64,000 nucleotides of DNA, taken from Octopus sinensis. Taxonomy: Eukaryota. This document shows positions 1 through 12,729 of the stretch, one piece after another. A program made the position numbers and the translations under genes. The stretch lies in assembly GCF_006345805.1 (NCBI RefSeq), contig NC_043007.1:39990001-40054000 (forward strand). The letters run 5' to 3'. The notes below the pieces were generated by a model, which ran no database searches, was not told the DNA's origin, and saw only the letters and a list, made by a program, of their open reading frames with translations. The stretch's first letter is position 1; each line of letters starts with the position of its first letter.

Positions 1-309
1 GGAAACACGGAGATACAAAGAGCCGAACTTTCCGAGATGCGCACAGGGAGCGAAACCCGTCCTGCACGTTTCCGCTCAGTTTCTATGTGTTACCGATTTG
101 GGGCTTGTGCCACCTTACACATCTGTTTTCATCCTTCTATTGTCCTCAGTGTCTTGTATCCTTGTGATCGACAGAAGAAATCTTCGTTGTCATCATCATC
201 ATCATCATCATCATCATCACCATCCTCATCATCATCAATATTATTTTATTTCTCAGAGCTCTCGATCTTACTTGCTTTGGTTGATTCTGTTGAGAGCGGA
301 CAGCAACAA

Positions 310-535
310 GGCAGCGAGCTGGCAGAATCGTTAGCACGCCGGGCGAAATGCGTAGCCGTATTTCGTCTGCCGTTAAATTAAGTACCGGTTACGCCCTGGG
401 GGTCAATGTAATCGACTTAATCCGTTTGTCTGTCCTTGTTTGTCCTCTCTATGTTTAGGCTCTTGTGGGTAGTAAAGAAATAGAAATAGGTATTTCGTCT
501 GCCGCTACGTTCTGAGCTCAAATTCCGCCGAGGTC
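310..535 (+). mobile_element. tRNA-derived SINE family B (GGCGGCGAGCTGGCAGAA head); older copy with a 5'-truncated younger copy nested inside
   Basis: Shared with many copies in the window; GTATTTCGTCTGCCGYTA duplicated at 357-375 and 489-507. Confidence 0.8.
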
Positions 536-884
536 TTCTTTTCCTTTGCATCCTCTCGTACAATCGACAAGCACCCTCTCCCCCTCAAAATTCAGGCCTT
601 GTGCTTATAGCAGAAAGGATTAACATCATTCGCAGCAGTATTAGTAGTAGTTGTTGTAATTGTGATAGTAGAGGCTGTGGTTGGCGGAGAAGGAGTAGTA
701 AAGCAGAGAGCCGGTAGAGACGGCGGCGACGTCAGCGGTGACGGTAAGCGTCATTGGCCAATGAATTGCAGATAAAATGCAATGATGTGCACAAAAGTGT
801 GCATCAATTGGCAATAAGGAAGACATCTATTCTCTACTAAAACTGACATTAAAACCAGGAAAAAGAAAGAAAGCTTCTCCTTAG

Positions 885-927
885 AAAGACATCAATCTTC
901 GACGGACGTCGGCCACAGACGTGCACG
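885..927 (+). CDS. Candidate internal exon (KTSIFDGRRPQTCT), unknown protein
   Basis: cttctccttag acceptor, ACG|gtaaag donor; 43 nt, ends in phase 0, matching exon 10138. Confidence 0.25.
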
Positions 928-1361
928 GTAAAGATTTCTAAGAGGTTGCTACTGTTGCAATCGTTGCTCCTCTTACTACTACTCTTCGTTTTGGCTTTAT
1001 TTTTTTTATTTTCATATTTGTCAATCAATATCATCTCCATCATTGTCTCTCCAGCAGCTTCGTAATCATCATCATCATCGTCATTGTCGTCGTCGTCGTC
1101 GTCGATGACTGGCTACGGTAGTGCTGGCTGCACAATCGTTGCCATCATTGTCGCCATCGCCGTAATCATCATCACTCTTTCCGTGGTCTTTGACAGTGGC
1201 TGCAACATTGCTAGCGGTAGTGGTAGTGGAGGTGATGGTGGCGGCAGTGGTTGTGCCAGCGGCAGCGTCAGCGTCAGCGGCGACAGAGGCGGCGTCGGCA
1301 GCAGCGGCGGCGGTAGCGGCGGTGGCGGCTGTAGCGGCGGCGGCGGCGGCGGTAGCGGCGC

Positions 1362-1580
1362 GGCGGCGGTAGCGGCGGCGGCGGTAGCTGCGGTAGCTGC
1401 GGTAGCGGCGGCGGCGGTAGCGGCGGCGGCGGTAGCGGCGGCGGCGGCAGCGGCGGCGGCGGTAGCGGCGGCGGCGGTAGCGGCGGCGGCGGTAGCGGCG
1501 GCGGCGGTAGCGGCGGCGGCGGTAGCGGCGGCGGCGGTAGCGGCGGCGGCGGTAGCGGCGGCGGCGGTAGCGGCGGCGGC
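1362..1580. repeat. GC-rich (GCGGCGGCGGTA)n 12-mer minisatellite within a GCG/GGT triplet tract
   Basis: Direct reading; accounts for the poly-Ala/Val ORFs. Confidence 0.9.
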
Positions 1581-2899
1581 GACGAAGGCGGTGGCGGCGG
1601 CAGCGGTGGCTACGGCAGTGCCGGTGGCGAGGACGAGGTAGATGGGGAGGAGGAGGAGGGGCCGGAGGGGCGGTGGTGTTGTTGGTGATGGTGGTAGCTC
1701 CATAATCATCATTGTCATCTCATCGTTCTCATTACCGCCATCATCATCATCATCATCATTATCATCGTCATCGTTGTCGTCATCGTCATCGTCGTCATTG
1801 TGTGTATCGTTCTCACTGTCGTTGCCGTGTCCATTATCATAATCAACATCATCACGCTTCTCTCTTTCTCTCCCTCCTCCTCCTTCTTCGTATCATCATC
1901 ATCATCATCATCATCATCCTCATCTCTGTCATCAGTATGCTGTTGATGATCAAGGAATGATGATGGAGTCACCTGAAGCTAAATAACAACCGTAACAAAA
2001 AAAAACAATAGCAATAACAACAACAACAACAAGCACAGCAACAAAAACAACTACACTATCGACCTTGTGAGATCATTTCAAAAGCAACCGAAACTGGTCG
2101 GATTGATCTCTCTTTTTCTATCCATTTAAAGATTAATTTACATATATAAACAATATCGACAGAAAACGTTGTTTCAAAGTGAAGAGAGTAAGTTATTAAA
2201 ATCTATCTTTGCATTCACACGTGTGCCTATCTTCATTCTCTCCCCGTCTCTTTTCACATATAAATGTGTGTAAGTATGTATGTATGTATGTATGTATGTA
2301 TGTATGTATGTATGTATGTATCTATCTATCTATCTATCTATCTAGCTATCTATCTATCTATCTTTCTCTCCTTTTACGATCCCTTTTGATCGAACACCCC
2401 TCCCCCTTTTTTACCTTCAAAAGAAAAGCTCTACCTTGTAATTTGTTCTATCTGTGTGCAGCCCTGTGTGGCTAATAAAGAAACATACCTATATATATAT
2501 CCCTCTCTCTCTCTCTCTCTCTCTCTACCTATCTATCTATCTATCTATCTATTTGTATATATACATGTGTGCGTGTGTATTCACTATGAGGATATCTAAA
2601 CTTCTTATAAGGATAGGTTTATCCAAGACATCCTGGTTTAATATATCATATTTTGAAGAGATATTTCTTCAATAATTATATCGTAAAACATCAAATGTCA
2701 TTAATAAGTTTGAAAATGAAGAGATTTAATTGATATAAGTTAATTTATTAATTAATTAACATTGCCTACAATTGTTTCACTTCGCACCCAATTTGAATTA
2801 CAAAACATATATAAGTTTGCATTTTGACTACTCTGCGTGGAAGATCTTCACGGCAAAATGGACATTACACAGTTTACCTTTTGATCAGTTGAAATAGAA

Positions 2900-2945
<46 letters not shown>

Positions 2946-3156
2946 GGAAGGAAGGAAGACTGATACTGAAAGAAAATGTACAAGCGCACGCGTGGCTGTG
3001 TGGTTAGGAGCTTGCTTCCCAATCACAGGGTTCCAGGTTCAGTCGCACTACGTGGCACCTTGGGTAAGTGTCTTTCAGCAGATCAAAATATAAACTCTTG
3101 TAATGTCCATTGCGCCAGAAGATCTTCACCCAGGGTACTCAAAATACAAATTTCTA

Positions 3157-3550
3157 TTATTACCTCCACCTTAGTGAAGGCGGAGGTATTGTTTTCAGTC
3201 GTGTTTGTTTGTTTGTCCGTGGAAAAGATATCTCAAGAACCGCTCGATGGATTCGGATAAAATTTTCAGATATATTTGGCCTCGTAACCGGCACGAATGA
3301 ATTAGATTCGGGGATCGATCCGGGATTATTTTTCCTTTCTTTTTTACTTAATTTTTGAGAGTGGTCGGGTTCATTTTTAGCATTCTTGTTTGTGAGAGCA
3401 GTCGAGTTTATTTCAGATATTCTCATTTAAAAAATTATTTCCGGCTAATCGTTGAAAGGACGTTGGTGTTATCTTGGTGGAGGTACAAAGTGAAACAATT
3501 GTAGGCAATGTTAATTATATCTATTGAATCTCTCTTTTCAAACTTATTAA
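3157..3550 (+). mobile_element. Helentron-associated non-autonomous element (HINE/DINE-1-like)
   Basis: 5' hairpin TACCTCCACC-ttagtgaa-GGCGGAGGTA (3161-3188), (GTTT)n tract, subterminal inverted GGTGGAGGTA at 3476-3485; an inverted copy of its 3' end at about 2698-2790. Confidence 0.65.
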
Positions 3551-3672
3551 TTATGCATATATACATACATACAAAACACACAAACGCACACACTCACACA
3601 CACACACGCATGCACATATATATGTATATGTACATTCATAAATATATGTATATACATACATGCATACAAAGG

Positions 3673-3710
<38 letters not shown>

Positions 3711-3732
3711 TGATACTGAAAGAAAATGTATA

Positions 3733-4050
3733 GGCGCTGGTGTGGATGTGTGGTAAGAAGCATGCTTCCAAACTACACGGTTACTGGTTCAGTCCCACTG
3801 TGTGACACCTTGTGTGACACCTTCTACTATAGCCTCGGGCCGACCAAAGTCTTGTGGATTTGATAGACGGAAACTGGAAGAAGCTCGTCGTAGTGAGTTT
3901 ATGTCTCTGTAACTTAGCGGTTCGGTAAAAGAGGCCGATAGACTAGGTACTAGGCTTACAAGGAATAAGACCTGGGCTCGATTTCTTCAACTAACACCCT
4001 TTAAGGTGATGCTCCAATAAGGCCGCAGTCATATGACTGAAACAAGTAAA
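3733..4050 (+). mobile_element. tRNA-derived SINE family A
   Basis: GTGTGGTAAG...GGTTCAGTCCCAC head, shared body and GAAACAAGTAAAAGAG tail. Confidence 0.8.
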
Positions 4051-4089
4051 AGAGTGAAAGAAAGGAAATAAAACCGACTGCCAGTTAAG

Positions 4090-4121
<32 letters not shown>

Positions 4122-4149
4122 AGGATATCCTTTCATTCTTTAAATTGTT

Positions 4150-4411
4150 TCAGGTGTTTTGACTGCGACATTGCTGGAGCATCGACTTTAGACGAACAAA
4201 GCGACCTCAGGACTTATTCTTTTGCCTAACTGCTAGATTACGGGGAGGTAAACACACCATCATCGGTTGTCAAACGACGGCAGGGGGGACAAACACACAA
4301 ATACATGTGTATATATATATTATATATATATATATATAAATGGCGGTGCCCAGCATGGCCACAGCTCATGAGCTGAAACTAGAAATCAATCAATCAATAA
4401 ATATATATATA

Positions 4412-4444
<33 letters not shown>

Positions 4445-4615
4445 TATGCGACAGGCTTCTTTCAGTTTCCGTCTTCCAAATCCACACACAAGGCTTTGGT
4501 CGACCCGAGGCTATAGTACAAAAAAACTTGCCCAACGTACCACGCAGTGGACTGAACTCGAAACGATGTGGTTGGGAAGCAATTTTCTTACCACACAGCC
4601 ACTCCTGCGCCTATG
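4150..4615 (-). mobile_element. SINE family A with internal (TA)n
   Basis: Reverse-complement match to 60774-61184. Confidence 0.75.
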
Positions 4616-5032
4616 TGTATACATACTTATCTGTGTATTTTTATGTATGGATATTATCCACGCACCCATGTGTATGGTATACATTTCTTCGTCTTCCTTC
4701 ATGAGTATAAAGCTATCTACCACCCTACTTACCTGTCTGTGTGTCGGATTCTGTCTGTCTTTCTGTCTGTCTAATCTATATTCCCGTCTGTTTCTTTCTC
4801 TCTCCCTATCTCTCTTCCTCTTTTTGATGTATGTATTTGTGTATGTATGTGTGTGTGTGTATGTATTTATATGTATGTATATGTATGCATATATATGTGT
4901 GTGTATACATATATATATATGTAGATATATGTATGTCTGTGTGTGTATTTATGTGTGCATGCATCTATGAATCTATGTAACTATGTATCAGTCTATAAGT
5001 ATGCTCGTATGTATATACATATATATATATAT

Positions 5033-5065
<33 letters not shown>

Positions 5066-5230
5066 TACACATATATATATATATACATATAATATACAAT
5101 ATATATACATATATATATATATACATAATACATATATATATATACATATACATATATTATATATTATATATATATATGCAGAGATAGGGCGATAAACACA
5201 TACAATGCCAGTGTACAAGCCACGAAGAGA

Positions 5231-5282
<52 letters not shown>

Positions 5283-5439
5283 GGCAGCTTGGGTAAAGGA
5301 TTGCCATCATGTCACTTCAATCTGCTATGGAGCAAGAGTTATATCCCTTATCAGTCTCAGGAGACCAATCACCGATCAATACTGGTCCTTTTCCCTTGGT
5401 CAATCAACCTCATCAACGCAGCACGGCCTTTATGTCATC

Positions 5440-5847
5440 AAAATTGTCGTCGTCCTCGACATCCACGTTGTTGCCATCGTCTTCAATGTCATCGTTATCG
5501 TCATCAATCATCATCCCACCACCACCAATTTTACTACCGCCACCTCCTCTACCGCCAACACCACCACCACTACGGCCACAACCATCATCATCATCATCAT
5601 CACCACTACCACCGCCATCAACCCTTCCACCTCTACCACCACAACTATCATCATCATCATCATCATCATCATCACCACCACTACCACCACCACTACCACC
5701 ACCACTAAATCTACCACCGCCATCAACCCTACCACAACTATCATCATCATCATCATCATCATCACTACCACCACCACTAAATCTACCACCGCCACCACCA
5801 CCCCTATCACCTCTACTACCACCTCTAAATCTACCACCACCACAACC

Positions 5848-5881
<34 letters not shown>

Positions 5882-5900
5882 TTATCATCACCACACCACA
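5440..5900. repeat. Compound (ATC)/(ACC)/(ACT) triplet low-complexity tract
   Basis: Direct reading; source of the poly-T/I/S/P ORFs. Confidence 0.85.
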
Positions 5901-6044
5901 AACACTGTCGTTATCGTTGTTGTTTCATTGCTATTGTTTGTTACAACACGCCTTTTGCTTTTGTTGTTGTTGGTGTTGTTACCGTTATTCTTTGTTGTTT
6001 GGCTAATACTGTTGTAGTTGTTGTTGTTATGGTTGCGACCTAGT

Positions 6045-7030
6045 AGAATCGTTATCATGCCGGGCAAATGCTTCGCGGCATTCTTGAGTTCAAATTCCGC
6101 CGCGGTCGACTTTATCTATCATTCTTTCGGGATCGATAAAATAAAAACCAGCTGAGTACTGGGGTCGATGTAATCGACTTACCCCTGCCCCAAAATTTCT
6201 GGCCTTCTACCAAAATTTGAAACCAGTATTTCATTTTGACAAAGGCGGCGAGGTGGCAGAACCATTAGCACGCCGGGCGAAATACTTAGCAGTATTTCGT
6301 CTGCCGGGATTGACTTTGTCTTTCATCCTTTCGGGGTCGATTAAATAAGTACCAGTTATGCCCTGGGGACGATGTAATCGACTTATTCCGTTTGTCTGTC
6401 CTTGTTTGTCCTCTCTGTGTTTAGCCCCTTGTGGGTAGTAAAGAAATAGGTATTTCGTCTGTCTGAACGTTCTGAGTTCAAATTCCGCCGAGGTCAACTT
6501 TGCCTTTCATCCTTTCGAGGTCGATTAAATAAGTACCAGTTACGCACTTAATCCGTTTGTCTGTCCTTGTTTGTCCCCTCTGTGTGTAGCCCATTATGGA
6601 CAGTAAAGAAATAAGAACCGTTAGTATGTCGGACAAATTGACTAGCAGTATTTCTTCCAACTCTATACGTTCTGAGTTCAAATCCTTTCGGGGTCAATAA
6701 AATAAGTAACAATCCTATACTGGGGTCGACATAATCGACTAGCCCCCTTCGCAAAATATCAGGGCCTTGGGCCTATAGAAGAAAGAAAAGGAAAACATAT
6801 CTTATATGATTGAAGCATTGAGCTGCCAGAACCCTTCGCGCCTCGGACAGAAGACTTAGCAGCATTTTTTTCGACTGTTTATGTTTCGAGTTCAAATCTC
6901 GCAAAAGTCAACTTTGCCTTTCATCCGTGCAGGAATCGATAAAATAATGTATCAGTGAAATACTAAGGTCGATGTAATCGATTTTACCTCCTCTTCAAAA
7001 TTGCTGGCTTTGTCCAAACTTCGGAAGAAA
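6045..7030 (+). mobile_element. Cluster of about 5 tandem or nested SINE family B copies
   Basis: Repeated GTTCTGAGTTCAAATTCCGCCGAGGTCGAC...GATGTAATCGACTT modules; junctions at 6448/6449 and 6613/6614. Confidence 0.85.
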
Positions 7031-7229
7031 TATTTCATTTGATCAACACCAGCGTAATATCTGAAAGGGCTTCGGGGCTACAATCGTGACATGATGCACA
7101 AATTTTCTCCATTCAACGTGAATGTGCCGGAGCTCGGCTCTCTGCTAATGATCTTCATGTACATGCCTTTTCCATGGTTCTTTGAAGGACAGTTTTTGTA
7201 AAGCTATCCAACCTTGTAAAATGGTCATA

Positions 7230-7432
7230 CTCTCTCTTTTTACTTGTTTCGGTCATTTGATTGTGGTCATGCTGGAGCACCGCGTTTAGTCGAAGAAATC
7301 GACCCCAGGACTTATTCTTTGTAAGCCTAGTACTTATTCTATCGGTCTCTTTTGCCTAACTGCCAAGTTACGGAGACGTAAACACACCAGCATCGGTTGT
7401 CAAGCGATGTTGGGGGGACAAACACAGACACA

Positions 7433-7483
<51 letters not shown>

Positions 7484-7707
7484 ATATATTCTATTATATA
7501 TATAATATATATATAATATATATATATATAATATATACATATATACGACGGGCTTCTTTCGGTTTCCGTCAACTAAATTACTCACAATGCTTTGGTCAGC
7601 CCGAGACTATAGTAGAAGACACTTGCCCAAGGTGCCATGCAGTGGGACTGAACCCAGAACTATGTGGTTCGTAAGCAAGCTACTTACCACACAGCCACTC
7701 CTACGCC
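7230..7707 (-). mobile_element. SINE family A, full length
   Basis: Reverse-complement match to the other copies; internal CA/TA microsatellite. Confidence 0.9.
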
Positions 7708-7905
7708 TCTTACCTTCCTTTTCTTCTCCGTTGTAAGATCCTCATTGAAAGCCAAATTGATGCTTGATCGGTTCATAGACCTGCTCGTTTATGATCTCAA
7801 CACCGACATAATACAGCAATATTTATATCGTTAAAGATATTTCACTAAAGATCTATCTACCCACCAATTTTCCACGATACTGAAAATTAATTGAAATACA
7901 TGGAT

Positions 7906-8288
7906 GGAAGCACTCTGTCGGTTACGACAACGAGGGTTCCGGTTGATCCGAATCAACGGAACAGCCTGCTCGTGAAATTAACGTGTAAGTGGCTGAGCAC
8001 TCCACAGACACGTGTACCCTTAACGTAGTTCTCGGGGATATTCAGCGTGACATAGAGAGTGACAAGGCCGGCCCTTTGAAATACAGGTACAACAGAAACA
8101 AGAAGTAAGAGTGAGAGAAAGTTGTGGTGAAAGAGTACAGCAGCGATCACCACCATCCCCTGCCGGAGCCTCGTGGAGCTTTAGGTGTTTTCGCTCAATA
8201 AACACTCACAACGCCCGGTCTGGGAATCGAAACCGCGATCCTATGACCGCGAGCCCGTTGTCCTAACCACTGGGCCATTGCGGCTCCA
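7906..8288 (-). mobile_element. tRNA-derived SINE family C (GGAGGCGCAATGGCCCAGTGGTTAG head)
   Basis: A/B boxes; homologous to 54064-54387. Confidence 0.85.
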
Positions 8289-8815
8289 CCATTGAAATAC
8301 ATAGCAGGTTAGAAATGTGTTCATAAAAACATTGAGACTTTACAGTATGATTTGAGGGAAATTTTAGTGTCATTTCTAGTACGTCGAATAACTGCCTAGA
8401 AGTTCCTTCTATAGCTCAAAGACATTCTCGAACAGACATATCATAAAAGATAGTACAAGCATGACTCTCTCTTTCTCTTCTACTCTTTTACTTGTTTCTG
8501 TCATTTGACTGCGGCCATGCTGGAGCACCGCCTTTAGTCGAAGAAATCGACCCCAGAACTTATTCTTTGTAAGCCCAGTACTTATTCTATCGGTCTCCTT
8601 TGCTGAACTGCTAAGTTACAGGGACGCAAATACACCAGCATCGGTTGTGAAGCGATGTTGGGGGGAACAAACACAGACAGACACACAAACACACACCACA
8701 CAAAATATACACACACATACATACATACATACATACATACATACATAACTACATACATACATACATACATACATTCATACATACATACATACATATATAT
8801 ATACATTATATATAT

Positions 8816-8857
<42 letters not shown>

Positions 8858-8884
8858 TAATATATATATATATATTATATATAT

Positions 8885-9300
8885 ATATAATAATTGAATA
8901 AGGGTAGAAATTGATATTAATCAATTAAACCCAGTGGCCTGGGCATATTAAAAAAATCCGAAGATTAAAATATTTTTACATACAAAATTTAAAGGACCGA
9001 CCACTAAAAGTGGACGGTCATCATGCTATATTGACGTGAAAATCGCTATTTTCCAATAAAAACTCAGCACAAACCAAAGCGTTAAAAATAAGCAAGACAA
9101 ATGAAAATATACGAAATAAAAACGATTACATATGTACCGATCAGTTTCGATTGTTAATATCCACGCATATGGCTACATGGAAATCTGCAATCTCGTCAGC
9201 ATAGTCTGTCGTATAGAAATACAAATTTGCAGGACTAGATACAAAAAACGTTTGACCGGAGTCCCGCATGCATAGAGTCCAACAAATTATATTTATGTGT
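8885..9300 (-). mobile_element. Penelope-like-element (PLE)-type terminal repeat fragment embedded in (TA)n
   Basis: Carries a hammerhead motif; homologous to 23137-23325; PLE assignment is inference. Confidence 0.55.
9131..9203 (-). ncRNA. Type I hammerhead ribozyme motif
   Basis: TATG-CTGACGA-GATTG...CAATC-GAA-ACTGATCGGT-A-CATA: core, stems I-III and GUA cleavage triplet all present. Confidence 0.65.
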
Positions 9301-9323
9301 ATCCTTTATATATATATATGTAT

Positions 9324-9366
<43 letters not shown>

Positions 9367-9789
9367 CATATACATATATACGACGGGCTTATTTCAGTTC
9401 CGTTTACCGAATCCACTCACAAGGCTTTGGTCGGCCCGAGGCTATAGTAGAAGACACTTTCCCAAGGTGCCACGCAGTGGGACTGAACCCAACCATGTGG
9501 TGGGTAAGCCACTCCTGCGCCTAATGACTATCTCATTTTTTTTTCATAACGGTTCTAAGACCACATCAATGAATGCTTTTCCAGTTCATCATATGTTGGG
9601 CATTGATTGATTGAGATTTAGCTGTTATTAGTAGCCGACACAGCAACCAACTTGAAGTTCCTTCTCTCTTTTGGATTAAGCAGGGAACACGAGTAACTGC
9701 AGCAAGATTGCTCAGCTTGCTAAAAACGAGCACTAAATCTACCTTACAGTTCTATATTTAAGAGTTGAGGAATTATGTACATTATTTAC

Positions 9790-10025
9790 AATTGACGGAT
9801 ATTTGTCCTCATCTCGTTTGTTATTAACACAATGTTTCGGCTGGTATACCTTCCAGCCTTTATGAGGTGCTTGGGGAAATTTCGAACCTGGGATCTCATT
9901 CCTAAGGTATTTTTCGATGTTGGTGTTGCTGTTATTATTATTGTTGTTGTTGTTCAGGTCACTACCTGGAATCGAACTCGGAATCTTGGGGTTAGTAATC
10001 CACGCGCTTAACCACTACGGCATAT
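9790..10025 (-). mobile_element. tRNA-headed element with a hammerhead-like tail (family H)
   Basis: A box GTAGTGGTTAAG, B box GAGTTCGATTCC, (AAC/AAT)n linker, decayed hammerhead core at 9826-9870; homologues at 62505-62670 and 63715-63820. Confidence 0.7.
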
Positions 10026-10137
10026 ACCTGTGGACCATTGTGGAGTGAATTTTAGGGCTTATATATCTACCTTAAATTACACCCTACTGTCTTAAAAGAC
10101 GACACGTCTGTCCTCTTTTCTTAAAATTATCTTCTAG

Positions 10138-10187
10138 GTAGATCGGAGAGGCAGTATCCGTGATCTTTTAGAGGGTCTTCGAATCAA
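10138..10187 (+). CDS. Candidate internal exon (VDRRGSIRDLLEGLRI), unknown protein
   Basis: Strong acceptor cctcttttcttaaaattatcttctag, donor CAA|gtaagg; only one frame is open; 50 nt, phase 0 to 2. Confidence 0.4.
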
Positions 10188-11007
10188 GTAAGGTACAGGG
10201 AAGTAACCTCAAGCTAGAGACCTGCCCCGAATAATTGCTTTAGAGCAGGGTTTGCTACTTTAAAGTAGGGTTTGCTACTCACGGTATTAGATGACATTAT
10301 TACACCGCACGACGGATTTGGACATATAGGAAAAAGACGTGGTGGTCACAGCTGGAATAACTTTCATCATAGATCTGCTCCATCAGGGCCGGCCTGGGGC
10401 TAAAAAGCAATAACAACAACAGCAGCAGCAGCAACAACAACAACAACAACAGTGCGATCTCTTTAGGGGAAGTAAATTATACGAGATAGGGCATGAGGGG
10501 AAGTCGGGAGTTGACATGGGTCGGTGATAACCGTCACGGTCACGTGGTAACGAGACCAAAATTACATTCAGGTTTGTCAACATGAAGATATTAAGAAGAG
10601 GTGGAGAAAAACATTTCCTTTTTTCTTTTTCTTTTTCTTTATTGCTTTCTCCTTTCCTTTCTTTCTTTTTTCCTTTCTTTTTTTCTTTCTTTCTCTATTT
10701 ATTACATTCCTTCATTCCCTCTTTTTCGACCCTCATCATCCTCTCACTTTTCATTCTCTATACTTCTCTCACTCCCTCTCTCTCTCTCTCTCTCTCTCTT
10801 TCAACTTTTCATTCTCTCTTATATTCCCTTCTTTCTCTCTTTTCTCTCCACTTCTTACTCCCTCCCTCTCACCATCCCTCCCCTCCCCCATCCTCCGCCT
10901 CTCACTCCCTCTCACATATGTCGCCCCCCCCCGTCTCTATACTTTTCCTGTCTGCCTTTCTCTCTCTCCCCTTCACCCCTCTCTCTCTTTCACTCACTCA
11001 CTCTCTT

Positions 11008-11074
<67 letters not shown>

Positions 11075-11190
11075 TTCCAGTTTGTTTACCTTTTCTCATT
11101 TATCTTTGTACAACTTACTGTTTTCTGTGTATGGGAAAGAGAGAAATAGAGCTATAAGCTCTATAGAAAGAGTAGTGGTAGTAGTGGAGT

Positions 11191-11223
<33 letters not shown>

Positions 11224-11644
11224 CAGCAGCGGCGGCGGCGGCGGCGGCGGTGGTGGTGGTCGTGGTGGTGGTGGTGATGGTGGTGGTGGTGGTGGCGGCG
11301 GTTGGTTGTGGTAGTAGTATGGATGCGTGTGAGTGGTTGTGAATGGTTTTGGGGGATATATGTGTATGTAACTATTTGTGTTTAGATATGTGTATGAATA
11401 GTATGTTACACACGAGTGTGTGCATGTGTGTGTGTGTGTCAATATACGTAGTAATATGTATCTGTATTTATTGTATGCGTACCATTCTGAAGGTGTCAAT
11501 ACAAATGTGAATATTATGTGACTTGTGTGTGTATGTGTGAGTGCGTGCATGTGTGCATGCTTTCATGTGTGCATGTGTGTGTATGAGAGTGTGTGCGCGC
11601 GTGTTTGTATGTATTTCTATGCGTGTGTGTTTATGTAGATATGC

Positions 11645-11694
11645 AAACATGTATAGATAGACAGATAGATAGATAGATAGACAGACATGCAGGC

Positions 11695-11777
<83 letters not shown>

Positions 11778-11822
11778 CAGACATGCAGGCAGACAGACAG
11801 ACAGACAGAGAGACAGACAGAC

Positions 11823-11865
<43 letters not shown>

Positions 11866-11882
11866 CAGACATGCAGGCAGGC

Positions 11883-11977
<95 letters not shown>

Positions 11978-12014
11978 CAGACATGCAGGCAGGCAGACAG
12001 ACAGACAGACAGAC

Positions 12015-12078
<64 letters not shown>
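11645..12078. repeat. Higher-order (AGAT)n/(AGAC)n array punctuated by AGACATGCAGGC
   Basis: The punctuation motif recurs 4 times at about 90-110 bp spacing. Confidence 0.9.
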
Positions 12079-12079
<1 letters not shown>

Positions 12080-12307
12080 TGTTTCTTTATTACCCACAAG
12101 GGGCTAAACATAGAGGGGACAAACAAGGACAGACAAACGAATTAAGTCGATTACATCGACCCCAGTGCGTAACTGGTACTTTATTTATCGACTTCGAAAG
12201 GATGAAAGGCAAAGTCGACCTCGGCGGAATTTGAACCCCGAATGTAAGGGCAGACGAAATACGGCTACGCATTTCGTCCGGCGTGCTAACGTTTCTGCCA
12301 GCTCACC
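12080..12307 (-). mobile_element. SINE family B, full length
   Basis: Reverse-complement match to the family. Confidence 0.9.
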
Positions 12308-12338
12308 GAGACACGTAGGTAGACAGACAGACAGATAA

Positions 12339-12417
<79 letters not shown>

Positions 12418-12693
12418 TAGATAGATAGATGGATGGATGGATGGATGGATGGATGCATACATATATATATAAATATATTTGTATCTATATATTTATGTAT
12501 ACTTACATACATGTATATATATATACATATATATGTATACACACACTCACATGCACATACACACACTCACATGCACATACACACACACACACATATATAT
12601 ATACACTATATACATATATTTACTTGCACATTTGCATACAAATATATAGATGCATGTATACATGTATTATATTTGTATATGTATACGTGATGT

Positions 12694-12729
<36 letters not shown>

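Larger units (their letters stand above)
8481..9521 (-). mobile_element. SINE family A split by an insertion in its internal microsatellite
   Basis: 3' half at 8481-8700, 5' half at 9380-9521. Confidence 0.85.

Noticed and set aside
1084-1718. 185-201 aa Gly/Ala/Val- or Thr/Pro-rich ORFs
   Set aside because: Translations of GCG/GGT triplet and 12-mer repeats; open in several frames on both strands.
5205-6043. Long poly-His/Thr/Pro ORFs
   Set aside because: Triplet microsatellites with no domain or splice support.
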